From the NCBI GenBank assembly GCA_951406725.2, contig OX597817.1, positions 89,962,001 through 90,026,000 on the forward strand: 64,000 nt of DNA, in the 5' to 3' direction. The notes below the pieces were generated by a model that had not been told where the DNA came from, made no database searches, and saw nothing but the letters and a program-made list of their open reading frames with translations. This DNA is from Octopus vulgaris (taxonomy: Eukaryota). The position numbers were made by a program, and so were the translations under genes. Below, piece after piece: positions 13,663 to 26,600 of this stretch (its first letter is position 1; the number at the start of each line of letters is the position of its first letter).

Positions 13663-13676
13663 AGTAATAATAATAA

Positions 13677-14350
13677 TGATTTCTTTTATTTGCTACTGGG
13701 GCAACAGACGAGGAGGGGAACATCAGAATAACTGACATAAAGTAGGGATTTACATACAATGAAAGGATGAAAAAAAATTAAATTAATATAATTATTATAA
13801 ACTTATAATGATTTTTAAAATTTTCCCACCAGGGCAAAGGATGAAGTGGACTATACAAAGACAGACATAGTGTTGGGGTTTACATATAAGGAAATGAGAA
13901 AAAAATTATATATAGAAGGTAAACAGAGTATACAATAAGACAAACAAGAGAAGTGTACATTGTGTACAACAGTAAAAAGAGAAAAAAGGGATGATGGTGA
14001 TGTGCTCCTCCTGTTATAAGAGGACTTCTAGGAATAATCGAGGAACCCTACTATCCAAGGTCTCCCTAAACTCCAAAGGAAAGAGCCCTCTCCAATTCTC
14101 ATTCTCTGACTTACAGGTCTGTACTTAGAGTGGTACTATCTACTTTTGTCATTTATACAACTTCCACCCACTTTTCAATAAATTCACTCAAGGACTGCAC
14201 TTTCTTAAGTGAAGCTTGAAAATGTCAGTGAGGGTTCTACCAAACTGGAATGTCTCTGTCCTCGCACCTTTCAACCTTGTCCACTAAACCTCTTTCACCC
14301 TAGCCATCAGGCAGAGGAGAACTACCTTACCTGCTCAATTAAAGGAAGGC
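13677..14350 (-). mobile_element. Decayed L1/Tx1-like LINE 3' end with partly duplicated tail
   Basis: Minus strand LCLMARVKEV*WTRLKG...EFIEKWVEV; AATAAA followed by an (ATT)n tail; tail segment repeated at about 13677-13770 and 13810-13900. Confidence 0.5.
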
Positions 14351-14593
14351 AATCATCATAAACTTATATAATAATAAAAAAACTTGTTTGTAACAAGGCT
14401 AAAACTTTAAGGTGAAGGATTAGTTGATTTTGTCGCACCCAGTTCTCAACTCTAGCAGTATGAAAGCAAAGTTGACTTTGCTGGAGTCTGAATGTGGAAT
14501 ATAAAGAGCCAAAACAAATACCACAAAGCATTTTGTAAGCTCTGTTTCTATCAATTCACTTCCCTACTAATGACACTACTACTACAACTGCAT

Positions 14594-14810
14594 CAAGCTG
14601 GCAGAATTGTTACCATATCTGGCAAAATGCTTAGTGGAATTTCATCCATCTTTATATTTTGAGTTCAAATTCCACTGAGATCAACTTTGCCTTTCATCCT
14701 TTCAGGTATGATAAAATAAGTACCAGTTGAACACTGAGATCGATGTAATTGATTTGCTCCCTCTCCAGAAATTGCTGGCCTTGTGCCAAAATTTGAAACT
14801 ATTATTATTA
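14594..14810 (+). mobile_element. SINE family A copy in + orientation
   Basis: agctggcagaattgtta ... B-box gagttcaaattcc (14661-14673) ... (ATT)n tail. Confidence 0.85.
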
Positions 14811-16950
14811 TGTTTGGGTTAGGAATGAGGGGGAAATTGTTGTCCTTTGTAAGCACTCTTAGGTCATTCTGCTTTTGTTTTGATTTGTTGACCTGCTTCA
14901 CACAATTGTATACAAAATATGTGAATGGATGTATAATATATACATTCATGAACACTAAATGTCAGCTCAGCAAAAGGCTCAACCAGCTGATCACAGCTGA
15001 CTTCTTAATAGAAGGATATGGAATATAACAATGTCCAGGTCTGTGTTAGACTTTTGAGTGTAGGTTTTAAATAGGATATTTAATTAAAATACTGTTGTTA
15101 ATTAAATCATGTTAATGAGTTCATATGGCTTGCGAGTGGCATAAGTGTTTGCGTATGTGTGTGTGTTAACATGTGAATGCACAACACAAAGACTTTATAC
15201 ATTGTGTGCCCAGTGAATGTTTTTATTCTGCTGCAGATTATTATATGTGTCATAAACATTGTGCAAGAGAATTAACTCTGCTTTCATGGATGAAACTATT
15301 TGTTAGTCGGTTCTTGTGGTGGCTAAAGAAAGTTAACTTGTAAGACTACTGTTTTATCCTTGTGATTTAATAGAAATACAATGGTCTGTTCTAAACTTGA
15401 TTCAATAAAAGGACCTTAAACTTCAATAAACACCCTCTCCCTAAGAATCTGACCAGGGTTTTAAGCAAGTGGTACCCTTTTGTAAAGAGTTTGATAAAAT
15501 ATGAGCTTTAAGGGTTTGAAATAGAGTTATTGGCATCATATCCTAAAAGATGCATAATTTTATAGTTAATTCCTTCTGAGAAACCGTCTCTAAGCCCTAA
15601 CTCTTGAGGGGTCTTTCAGGATTTAATATATATGGTGGGATATCGTTTTATGATCATATACCGTCAAGCTCAAGCTAATGGGGAACAAATGAGGTGGTTG
15701 TGGGAATTTATGCATTTAACTGCTGATTGCAAGGTCATATGTTCAAAGCATCCCATAACTAATGTACTGCACACTGCTACTTTCATGGGTTACTTTTGTG
15801 CAATTGATTTGCTTAAAATAGAACAGATTTGGGTTAATCAACAGCAACATTACTCTACTTACCCCAGACTGCCAAGCTATAAAACGGGCACTGCCATCAG
15901 TCATTTCATTGGTTGTTTCAATGATACATAAAACAATTAATAATTTTCAGTGACAAGAGCAATAGCAAGATCAGTTTTGATAATAATGATAATGATGTAA
16001 ACATTACAAATAGGAAAACAAAACAAAAAAAAAAGACATCTTTCCCCAAATTCAGTTTTTCCTCCAAAGGTATGGAAAGCTTCATTTGACATAGCAATAA
16101 CAGTATAAGTTTATAGAAAATAATGTGATCAGTATTGGTTACGTTAGTGTCACTTGGTAGGATGGTGGTTCATTCATATGTAAATGGGATGATGAGTCCT
16201 ATGCTGTCTTATTTGTAATAACAAAATCCTCGCCATTGGTTGGTACAGGTGCAAAAGGGGTGGGAGTAGTGGTCCCAGAATCCTCCCAATATCCCAGCAG
16301 ATGTTATTGTTTAACCTTATGTCTGCCTTGATCCTGCAGCACTTTGATGTGAGGCATTCCAACTGTGAACATTTTGTCTGTCTATCTTTCACTACATTAC
16401 TACATTGTCTGTGGTATTTCATTCATTTAAGACAGTAATTTGAAGAGGATTTGGCTGTGGAAAACTGTACAGGTGGAATAACTGCATAGTTTCTCACAGC
16501 TGATGCTGGAGGAAGATTTAGCTGCTATTTCTAGCAGGCTGAGTGGCTGCATAGTCTTCCTCAGCTCTATACTGATCATCAGATGTAGATATAAAGTACA
16601 GGTAATTTGGAGGGCACCTGCTCACGCTTCTCTTTAACATCTCACACATAACAGATGAGGTAGATTATGAAGAAGCAGGTTTGGTAAGTTGTGTGATGAC
16701 CATTGTGGTTTGGTCATCTGTAGAACCCACTCCCTCTGAAGAAGGTGATTATATTTGACTTGCTAACTTTGTGGGGTTGGAAACTTGAAAGACAAGCTGG
16801 CATGTCTGTTACTTATTTAATGCTAAGGAAATTGGAGTAAGCTCCTTTCTGTAGTATGGGCCTCCTACATTAGCTTTTCAAAAGTAATAGATGAATATGG
16901 TGTCTACTGTATAATAAATATACTTATATATTTCTTTTCCTTGTTTTAAG

Positions 16951-16971
16951 AAGCAGACCTTAAATGACGTG
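16951..16971 (+). CDS. Candidate 21-nt microexon (KQTLNDV) of the chromodomain gene
   Basis: tttcttttccttgttttaAG|aagcagaccttaaatgacgtg|GTAAGT; phase 0/0, no stop, lies between two phase-0 junctions. Confidence 0.55.
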
Positions 16972-18713
16972 GTAAGTTTTCCTATTTATTGTTTGTTGAT
17001 TTTTTAAAAAAATTTTTGGTTTCATTGGGTGCTAAGTTGTCTTTTAGGAACTACTTGGTCAGCTCTGCTGGGGTATACGTAGAAAAGCAGTTGATTAAAT
17101 TCTCTAGGAGGAATAACATCATAGGGCCATGACCTTGGATATACTACACCTCAGTCTGGTCTAGAGTTACATTGTACAGTCTGTCATGCAATAGTAGATT
17201 ACTTGTTTAGGGTGTAGCCTCTGGCAGTGTCAAAGTGCTCTTACTCATTCTGCATGACTACACCTATAACATAGAGGTTGCTTAGAAGTAACCCTTAAAT
17301 ACAAAACTTCAAATATGTTGAAATGCACATTCTGCCTGTACTGGTTATTCATGAAAAGTAAAGTGTGGCAGCCATAGACTTCCTTAGTAATGTCCTTGTC
17401 ACACTGCATTCCTGTAACAAAATCACTCTATGGCACAGTGTGCTGGTGTTGTGGAAGTTGCTGATTTGATTTTTTTGAAGTCACCAAGAAATTCAGTACT
17501 TTTGATCTATTGAGTTCCTATTTTGAACTGGAAACTACACTAAATTGTTATGCAGTAGTTGGTTGTGTGCAGGGAAGTGCAGCGATCAGAAATTGACTCG
17601 ATTTCTTCCCCACCCCTGTATCATAATGGACTCTACACACAGCTTAACTAACCACTGCATACCCAGTGTTTAAAGCTGTTGACCTCTTACGCTGCCAACC
17701 ACTGTGTATCAGTGCAAGCAAGCAACATGCCAATGTTGCAGTGTCAAGGTATGTGGTTTAGGAAGCTGTGTTAGCAATTTACCATGCTTGCATGTTGTTG
17801 GTGGGTGGAAAAAAATACCATGCTTTATCACATGGATAAAAACCCTATGTAGCATGGTTGTGAAGCAGTTTACACATGTTTTGCTGCCCAGTCTGTTTTT
17901 CTCTTTTTTTTTTTTTTTTTGTCGATTTATAATAAAAGGTTTGGTTGGTGACTGGATTGCAGATGGGGAAGGTGTATTTGCTTGGTGCATGATGGTGCAA
18001 AGTATAATGTCCAGCTAATTCATTGTAGATATTTTGTAGATTAATTATAACAGCAAAAAGAAAAAAAAAAACAAGGTTATTGTTCTATATTTAGAGATAT
18101 AAACAAATGTGTGCAGCAGTTGTGTGTGTGTTTGTGTATGTATCTCTACCTCTATTTATGTACATAGGATCATGTATGCGTGTTAGGTTGCCTGAATACG
18201 TGTGTGCCATTAGCAGAACTATTTCCATTTTGTTTCACAAATAGTCTTCATTTACCAAAATTTCCCCAGACTAACAAACCCCAGGCCCAGTGATTTAACT
18301 CAACTCTAGCTTCTGTTACATGCAGGAAGACTGTGTGTGTATGTGTGTTTGTATGTATGTTGTGTGTGTGTGTGTGTGTGTGTGTTTCTGTACTTGTGTT
18401 ATGTGTGTGTGTTTTATATACTTATGTCTGTGTGTGTGTGTATGTAGCTGTGTATCCTCTGTGTGTGTTTCCTCTCATTATATTATGGTTAGTTACATCT
18501 TGTTTAATTAGTTGTTTGGCATCACCAGTTCACTCACAATGACACTGTTTCATGCATTGTAACTTTCAATTCTTTCTTTACTGGGTTTAATTTGATTTAT
18601 TCCTTTAACAGTGGCAGAGTAGAAAGACCTAGAATGGATGGCGTGGAGAGTAGATGATGTAATTAAGGTTCTGTGTTTGTGTTTATATGTTAAGTGCATG
18701 ACAGTGAGGTATT

Positions 18714-19030
18714 CATCATCATCATCGTTTAACATCCGCTTTCCATGCTAGCATGGGTTGGACAGTTTTGACTGAGAGCTGGTGAACCAGATGGCTGCAC
18801 CAAGCTCCAATCTTGATCTGGCAGAGTTTTTACAGCTGGATGCCCTTCCTAATGCCAACCACTCTGAGAGTGTAGTGGGTGCTTTTTACGTGCCACTGGC
18901 ACGGGGGCCAGTTAGGCGGTACTGGCAACGACCTGCTCGAATCTTTTTTACACATGCCACCGGCACAGGTGCCAGTAAGGTGACACTGGTAATGATCACG
19001 CTCAAATGGTGCCTTTTATGTGCCAGTATT
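18714..19030 (-). mobile_element. Retroposon family C copy with (GAT)n tail; relatives at about 10850-11060, 28240-28440 and 1130-1325
   Basis: Reverse complement of 20135-20304 (gctggatgcccttcctaatgccaaccactc). Confidence 0.8.
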
Positions 19031-19861
19031 ATGAATTGAAACTCATATTCACCCAAAGAGTACTCAATTGTATTTGTGTTTACTTAAAAAAGAAAAAGAA
19101 ATTGAAAAGGAAAAAGTAATAGATTTTATCTTATTGTTCATTGTCATTATCACCGTTCTGATCTTAGCCTTTTATCATCACTATGATTGTCATTGTTAAC
19201 ATTATCACCATTGAACTTGACAATTATGGAGAAAAGATGAAACCACTGCTAGTTTTGAGTCTGTGATAATTTCATTCCCTAGTTGAATCCATTTCATTGC
19301 CAGTTACTTTGATTCTGAATTTGAGAAAGAAAAAAAAAAGGTTCATTATCATTATTTCACATTTTAGTATTTTCTTACCATCCCCACTACACATTTTTAT
19401 AGTCAGTCAAGGATTAAGTAAAATCATTACTGGAAATGGTTAATCTCAATGAAAGTAGTGTTTCCCTCTCCAGATTTCGGCAAAAGTGCACCTTCCCCAC
19501 TTCATTTCCAATCAGATGTTGGTGAAAGTGTTCATCCTCTTGATTTTGAGGAAAGTGTCTCCTCCCAGATCTCAACAGAATTACTCAACATCTGGCTATA
19601 AAACAGAAATTTAACTGTTTCTTTCATTCAAGACCACAGCAGTCATGCTTTAGTAAAGCTGTAAGGAAATAGATGTAAAACATTTTGCCAAAATGATCAT
19701 ACAATAGGTTGCTTCTCAACCACATGGGTCCAAGTTCAGTCCCACTGCATGCATCTTGGGCATGTGTCTTCTACTATAACCTTGGGCCAGCCAAAGCCTT
19801 GTGAGTGGATTTAGTAGATAGAAACTGAAAGAAGCCTGTTATATATATATATATATATATA

Positions 19862-20304
19862 TGGTGTTTGTGGGCACGTAACAAACACCATCCGAGCGTG
19901 GCCGTTCGCCAGCCTCGTCTGGCACCTGTGTCTGTAGCACATAAGAAAACACCATCCGAGCGTGGCCGTCTGCCAGCCTCGTCTGGCACCTGTGTCGGTG
20001 GCACATAAAAAACACCATCCAAGCGTGGCCGGCTGCCAGCCTCGTCTGACACCTGTGTCGGTGGCACATAAAAAACACCATCCGATTTGGCCGTCTGCCA
20101 GCCTCGTCTGGCACCTGTGTCGGTGGCACATAAAATCACCCACTACACTCTCGGAGTGGTTGGCGTTAGGAAGGGCATCCAGCTGTAGAAACACTGCCAG
20201 ATCTGACTGGCCTGGTGCAGCCTTCGGGCTTGCCAGACCCCAGTTGAACCGTCCAACCCATGCTAGCATGGAAAGCGGACGTTAAACGATGATGATGATG
20301 ATGA
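19862..20304 (+). mobile_element. Young family C retroposon carrying an internal tandem array
   Basis: CpG-rich; ends gttaaacgatgatgatgatg; inserted in (TA)n. Confidence 0.85.
19883..20134 (+). repeat. Four tandem units of about 63 bp (aacaccatccgagcgtggccgtctgccagcctcgtctggcacctgtgtcggtggcacataaaa)
   Basis: Directly visible, high identity, no spacers. Confidence 0.95.
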
Positions 20305-20867
20305 TATATATATATAAGTATGTGTCTGTATGTTTGTGTTTGTCCCTCACCATCTCTTGACAACTGCTTGTGTGTTTACATTCCTGCAACTTAGCAGTTT
20401 AGCAAAAGAGACTGATAGAATAAGTACTAAGTTTTAAAAAAATAAGTCCTGGGATCAATTCAGCTAAAATCCTTCAAGGCAAATGCTCCAGTATGGCCAC
20501 AGTCAAATGACTGAAACAAGTAAGAAATAAAAGATACAAAATGTGGTCCTATTGTAAAGAGGTACAGTAGCTTTCCTGAATGCATTGGTACTGTTTCAGT
20601 TTCTTTCCTAGTGTTATCCTCAATTTTTAAGACAAGAATTTCTTCAAGGGGATTTAGTTACTACATTTAGCAAGTCAAGTAACTACCCAGAAGCTCCATC
20701 TGTGTGTTAAGGAGGGTAAATTGTCATAATTAATTGAACAGTTGAATGAGTGCAAGTCTTGCAGTAATCTATTTGCAGAAGATTACATCAAGTGTATGCA
20801 GGTGAAGCAGTTTTGTCTCAACAGACCTTAATGTTCACTTTGCTACAATACTTATATAAAGGTGGTA

Positions 20868-20903
<36 letters not shown>

Positions 20904-21439
20904 ACTCAAATACACATGCCCCTATACACACTTTGGACTGCTACTTATAGTATGTGTCAAGTGTGTCTATTCTTGGCTGTCTGATACATACTGACATGTA
21001 TTCACACATACACTCAATAACAAACAGTATAATGTAATGAAGAAGACTGGCCTCCAAAAGTTAACTTTTCCAATTCTTTTCCTTCTGATCAAAATCATCA
21101 TCATCACTGTCATCATTTAGGCCGTCATCATGATTACCCTTATTATTATCACTATCATCATCATCATCACTGCTATTATCATCATCACATGTTGCAAAGC
21201 ATCACCTCTGTCGTTATTACCTTTATAATCATCATCATCCTTATCATTGTCAACATCATCACCATTTTTTCAATCATCACCATACACATTATTAGTGCCC
21301 TATTTTGCTTTGATTGAGAATTCTATGATTAGTGCTATTTTTTAAACTTTTGCATTGCTTGATGATAGTTGCAATGGTGATGGGTGAACTACTGTTTGTG
21401 GTGTTGGTAACGTTGCGAAAATGATAGCCCTGTTGTTGT

Positions 21440-21630
21440 CATTGCTTAGCACCAGGTCAACCTGGTCAAGCAGACCTGTGATCAGAGACATTCCAGCCAT
21501 GGTCATCTTGTCTTTTTTTATGTATAGGGAACACTCAAGACTCCATTAACCAATACATCCTTTTCTAAGATTGTACCTTGTGATTTGAAGGAATGTTGGC
21601 TGCTATTTTGAGTAGGTTGATTGACTATAT
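21440..21630 (+). mobile_element. Interspersed repeat family D; other copies at about 33150-33350, 34160-34340, 35780-36150, 36610-36820, and inverted at 37250-37410 and 52600-52800
   Basis: Recurrent caggtca...gcagacctatgatcaaag...gagatttggctgctatttctagcag motif. Confidence 0.7.
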
Positions 21631-22849
21631 GTTGTTGCATATTTGGCAACATTCCAGGATATCTAGCTAGTTCTGTGGCGACACGCTTCTCTGGCTAGTA
21701 TAGGAAAAAAAAAAGACACATGTTCCTATAAAGCCTTGTTATAAATAAGCTGCAGGGGTTGAAAAATAAAGTAATCAAAATGTACAAGGAGAATGAAGTA
21801 ACCTTGTTTACACAGCCAGAGGAGTCCACTCTTGCTGTGGTAGTGAAAATAAAGAGAAAGATATCAAGTTAGGAAACTGAAAGTATTTAGAAGTGGTTTA
21901 TGTGGCAGTTAGATATGCGTAAACACCACAATGAGTGTGTGTGTGTGTGCATGCCTGTAGGTGCATATGTATGAATGTGAATATGTATGTGTGGAAATGT
22001 ATGCTTGTATATATTTGTGTGTGTATATGCATGTTTGTGTGTGTGAGTGTGTGTATATGTGTATGCATATATATGTATATAATTTTTTTGTTTATTTTCT
22101 TTACTGCCATGAGTTGAGCAGGTTGTTACAATCTATGTCAATTCTTATTTGGAATCGCTGGACACTCTCCTCACAGAGAAATTAGAGGCCCAGGCTCACT
22201 GGTACATTCCAAAATCAACATGGTTTCTATGGTTTGTCATTCCAACCACTTTATAGAGATGCTCAGTGCTTTTTATTGTGGCACCAGCTCCAGTGTGGTT
22301 ATCTTGTACCCTGCAAGGCTAAGTGACATGATCAAGAGAGAGAGAGAGATGACAGAAGAGCCAGCCTGAGAGGATGAATGTAGCGAGAGTTATGATGGAA
22401 GAAATGGTGATCGGAGCTGAGAGGGTGATAGAGGTGGTAATAATGGAAGAGTGACATTGATGGGTGCTACATGCTTGGTATAAAAGATTGGGAGAGATTG
22501 TGTGATGGGTAAGTAAGAGAGGATGATAGATACCAATAACATGTGGCCTAGGAGAGAGGAAGTGATGCTGGCAGTACAGAAAGAGGATGGTAGGTATAAT
22601 GGTTACGAAAATGCCTAATTAGATCCCTTATATATAGACACTGTCTTGGGAAGAAAGTTAATGACATGGATAGTAGCTAGTAGAGAGACTGAATATGAAC
22701 AAATTCATTACTATTCCTGATTATGCAGGCAGCAGAGTACAGCAAATAAGAGAGAGGGTGAGCAATTGAGAGATGAGAAGTTATCAATGACCATGGGAGC
22801 AACAGCAGGCATAACAGACACTCATTGAATGAAGGACCCACATGTGGAT

Positions 22850-23650
22850 ATACCTCCTAATCTTCATTTCTAACACTTTTTCATTTTGCTATACTTGATT
22901 GGGTAGTGTGGAACAGTCTCAGCATCACATGTTGTAAAGCATCACATTCCTTTGTTATCTTCTCCATGAGAGTCAGCATCCTGAGACTAGTCTTCACTGC
23001 TTGATCCTATGTCTTTGCAAGCCTTCCTCTCCTACAGGTTCCATCTACTTTGAGTGCTTTGAACTTTTTACAGCTTCCATGCTCCATACACATCATATAC
23101 TTGTACTAGTGCCATCTTCTCCATTTTGGATTCCTCTTGTATTCAGATTTCCTTTCAGCTCATTTGTGCTTCATCATTCATGTACATTTCTAATGAAGCA
23201 TATTTGCTTGCTTCATTTCTTTCTGATTTTCCCAAAAGCTCTACATTCAATACCCTAACCTCAACCATGTCTCACAATGTAGCAAGCATCATGCAATCTG
23301 CCCTTCGCTTTGTGAGAGAAACCCTTTGTTAATAGCTGAGGTAATAGCTCCAACCCATTCTTACCCTAGCTTATGTGCCTTTGGAATAACCTCCTCCAGT
23401 AATTTATGTAGCAAAAGCTATCATCTACTTCTAAGGATCCTTCTGGGTATTTGAGAGAATCTATTTCACATATGCTCTTAATGTTTATTGCTCTTTTACA
23501 CCTGGTGCATATAAAGTCTACTTTCTTCGTTAGCCTTTGAGTTGACTGAAACTGTTGTGCATTCAACATAGTTTATACTGGTTACATGATTGAATTTTTG
23601 CTATTCTTTTTTGGATATTGGTCGTAGTCTTTTCCTTAATGAATGCAGGG
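22850..23650 (-). mobile_element. Decayed RTE-clade LINE fragment, same family as 11660-12800
   Basis: Minus strand DFICTRCKRAI...EGSLEVDDSFCY and a downstream decayed C-terminus. Confidence 0.75.
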
Positions 23651-26600
23651 GTCTATCTTTATCCAATTTACTAAAATTAGTCACCTGTGTGTGTGACTTC
23701 GAAAGGCCAAAATTTATATATTAGTGTTATTACACAGTGAAAGAGTGAAACCAAGGGAGATAAGAAAATGCATAAACCTAATTTCAATCAATCGAAATTT
23801 GATCTTTTGACATTTGGTATGTTAATGTTTTTGTATTAAATCAAAACGAAATATTCAATAATGAAAGAATTTAAGAATGAAAATATTTGATAAGCTAGCT
23901 ATTTTAATATCCCTGCAATTGTTTTTTCTTTAGTAAATATGTTTCTCGGTTATTCTCCTTAAGCCTGTAAGTAAATATCTATGGAAAATATTTTCATATT
24001 TATCCCTAAAACATTTCAAAATTTGGAGTTTTAATCTTTTGACATTGCATTTGGTATTCTGAGATTTCGGTCTTTCAAGCTTTCGATATTCTGATTTTGA
24101 AGTAATTTGAAATTTGTGTTGTTTCTCAGCTAACAGTAAAATTGTTGGCTCCATCTAAAGTTATTTCTCATTTCAATGAACTTAATTTTCTATCTGCCAG
24201 TCTGTCTACCTAAAAGTCATCTCTCCAGTTATCTATCTGCCTAAATACCTACCTATCTTTTGCTGTCACCTCAGCTGTCAATATGGTTAAATGTTATAAA
24301 CCAGTAAAACTCTCATACCTGTTTCACTACTCTGGCATTTTTTGATATTCTTTTGCTATCTCATCATTTAGTTTAACATCATTTTCTCTCTGCTTCACCC
24401 TCATATAACTGCTAAGATACCAATATTCAAAATGTATGTGTGCATGGGGAAAAAGTTTCAACATTTTTATAAATTTATTTGGAAAACTAAATATCATTTA
24501 GTAATTTATGTAGCAAAAGCTATCAACTACTTGTAGGGATCCTTCTGGGTATTTGAGAGAATCTATTCACATATGCTCTTAGTGTTTTTAGTGAAGAAAA
24601 AAAATTATTTAAGGGTTATATTTTATGAATTATAAAGTAATATAGTTAACAATCTGATAGAATGAAATCAAAGTATTTAAAAAATTATCTATATGCATGT
24701 GAGTATATGTGTATGTATTTGTGTGCTTATGTTTCTGTGTGTGTGTGTGAACAGTCCATGGTTTTGCTTGCAACACCTGGTGATATGATGTTTACATTCC
24801 TTGTTAATGTTATAACTGGTCGCTTTGTACTTTTTAAGGCCTCTGGAATAAGCAGTCACTTTCTTGAAAAAACAAGAGCATCTGGCCTTAAAATCTTTTT
24901 TCAAATAAGTCCCTGTCCAACCCATGCTAGAATAGAAAAACAGACACTAAATGGTATGTGTGTGGCATCATGATTATTTTGCATTCACTTTCTGTGCTGG
25001 CATGTATTGGATGGGTCATTACTGTCAATCAGTTCTTTGTTGGCGTTACTCCCCACTCAAATTGGTAGGAGGACATGTCTTCCTCATATATTCTATTTTC
25101 ATGGCAATATTTTCCTAGCTGGATACCCTTTCTTAACATCAGCACTTTGCAAGGTGTATTTTATCTTGACATCAGTGCTAGAGATATTATGTCCTCATCA
25201 AAGCTAACAGCCCTCTCTGCATTGTCTTGTTCACCAGCCATTTTAGAGTGTACCAGGTACTTCATATCATGGTGCCAGTGCAAGAGTAGCTACCTTGACT
25301 GCTTGAAAACAAAAGAGTTCTCTTTACTGTATGTTTTCTCTATTCTTTTAAGGAAAGCGTGACTATGAGGGTAAATACAAAGAGAATGATAGTCAGAAGG
25401 ATAGAGAAAGTGTGAATGCGATAGATGAAAACTGATAGTATTGAGTGAAACGCAGGGAAGTGTTTTTCGGAAAAGCAACAGTGGTAGCTACATGCTGGTT
25501 GTTGCAGCATGATGGGTTGGCAAAGGAGGTTGGTTGTGGTGAGAGTGCTTGATGAAAAATCACGTGGAGGAGTGGGGAGAGAGAAGAGAGAGAGATAGCT
25601 AGCAGTAAAGATGGGTCATTGTTTTGGGTACTAGATGCAGATGGGTTTGATACTACTTTGTCACATGGACATCCTGATGTTGGAATGGTAAAGCGACAAC
25701 GGTGTATGTTACAGCAAAAAGGGTGACAAGTGGTAATGAAGAAGGCAGTGGATGGTGATTTCATAGTATAATGAGTAAAAAAAACCAATAAAGATATATT
25801 ATACATCCTAAAATCCAGCACAGCTATGATATATGTATATTTATCTGTGTATTTATATGTGAGTATGTTCTGTATATAATTGAGTAGATGTGTGTGTGTG
25901 CAATAAATGAAAAATATTACTGAGACAGCATGTGTTTATTTACATACTTATGCTTGACTAACATGCCTTCAACCATGTCCTGTAAATTGACTCTGTAGTG
26001 AAAGAATAGGGCATTTTTTATTTTATTTTGTAGGGCAAACTTGAGAACAGTGCAACTAGTTTCAACATCTTATTGCCATTTTATCAAAAGTTCCTATTTT
26101 TGTTCCTCTTTTAGAGAGGAAGCAGCTGAGAGCTGCTTACAAAAATTATGATAAACATGTGCTGTTTTTACTCATTTACATGTCAGTACATCTGCTGTGA
26201 ACTTTTTCTCAATTTATCCACGTGTGCTAAGTACTTCAGTTAAATAAGATAGTAATAAGTATGAAAATATTTTGTATTTTATTCTCAATGTTTTATTAAA
26301 AAAAAAAGAGAAAAATGTATCTTTTGAGTTTGTAGATATTTAAACAACTTACTACATATGCCTGAGTGTGTATGTACCTGTATTTAAATGTGTGTGTGTA
26401 GAATATAAGCTGTTGCACCTCATGGAGGAGATAATAAAGAATTGTGTTGCCCGACAACACACTGTGTAGAAGATGCTAAAATTATGTATATTTGTATATG
26501 TATGGGCATGCATTGCTAGGCATGTGTTTCTACACGTGTGCATGCATGCATGCATGAATGCAGATATATATATATGCCTACGGTGAAGTCTACACTATTA

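Larger units (their letters stand above)
19705..20534 (+). mobile_element. SINE family B copy interrupted in its internal (TA)n by a family C element
   Basis: Head (gttcagtcccactgc...gaaagaagcc) and tail (...caaatgactgaaacaagtaa) match the intact copies at 50233 and 50820. Confidence 0.85.

Noticed and set aside
19883-20134. Regular ~63-bp repeats resembling a CRISPR array
   Set aside because: Units are contiguous with no unique spacers, lie inside a retroposon, and there are no cas genes in this eukaryotic DNA.
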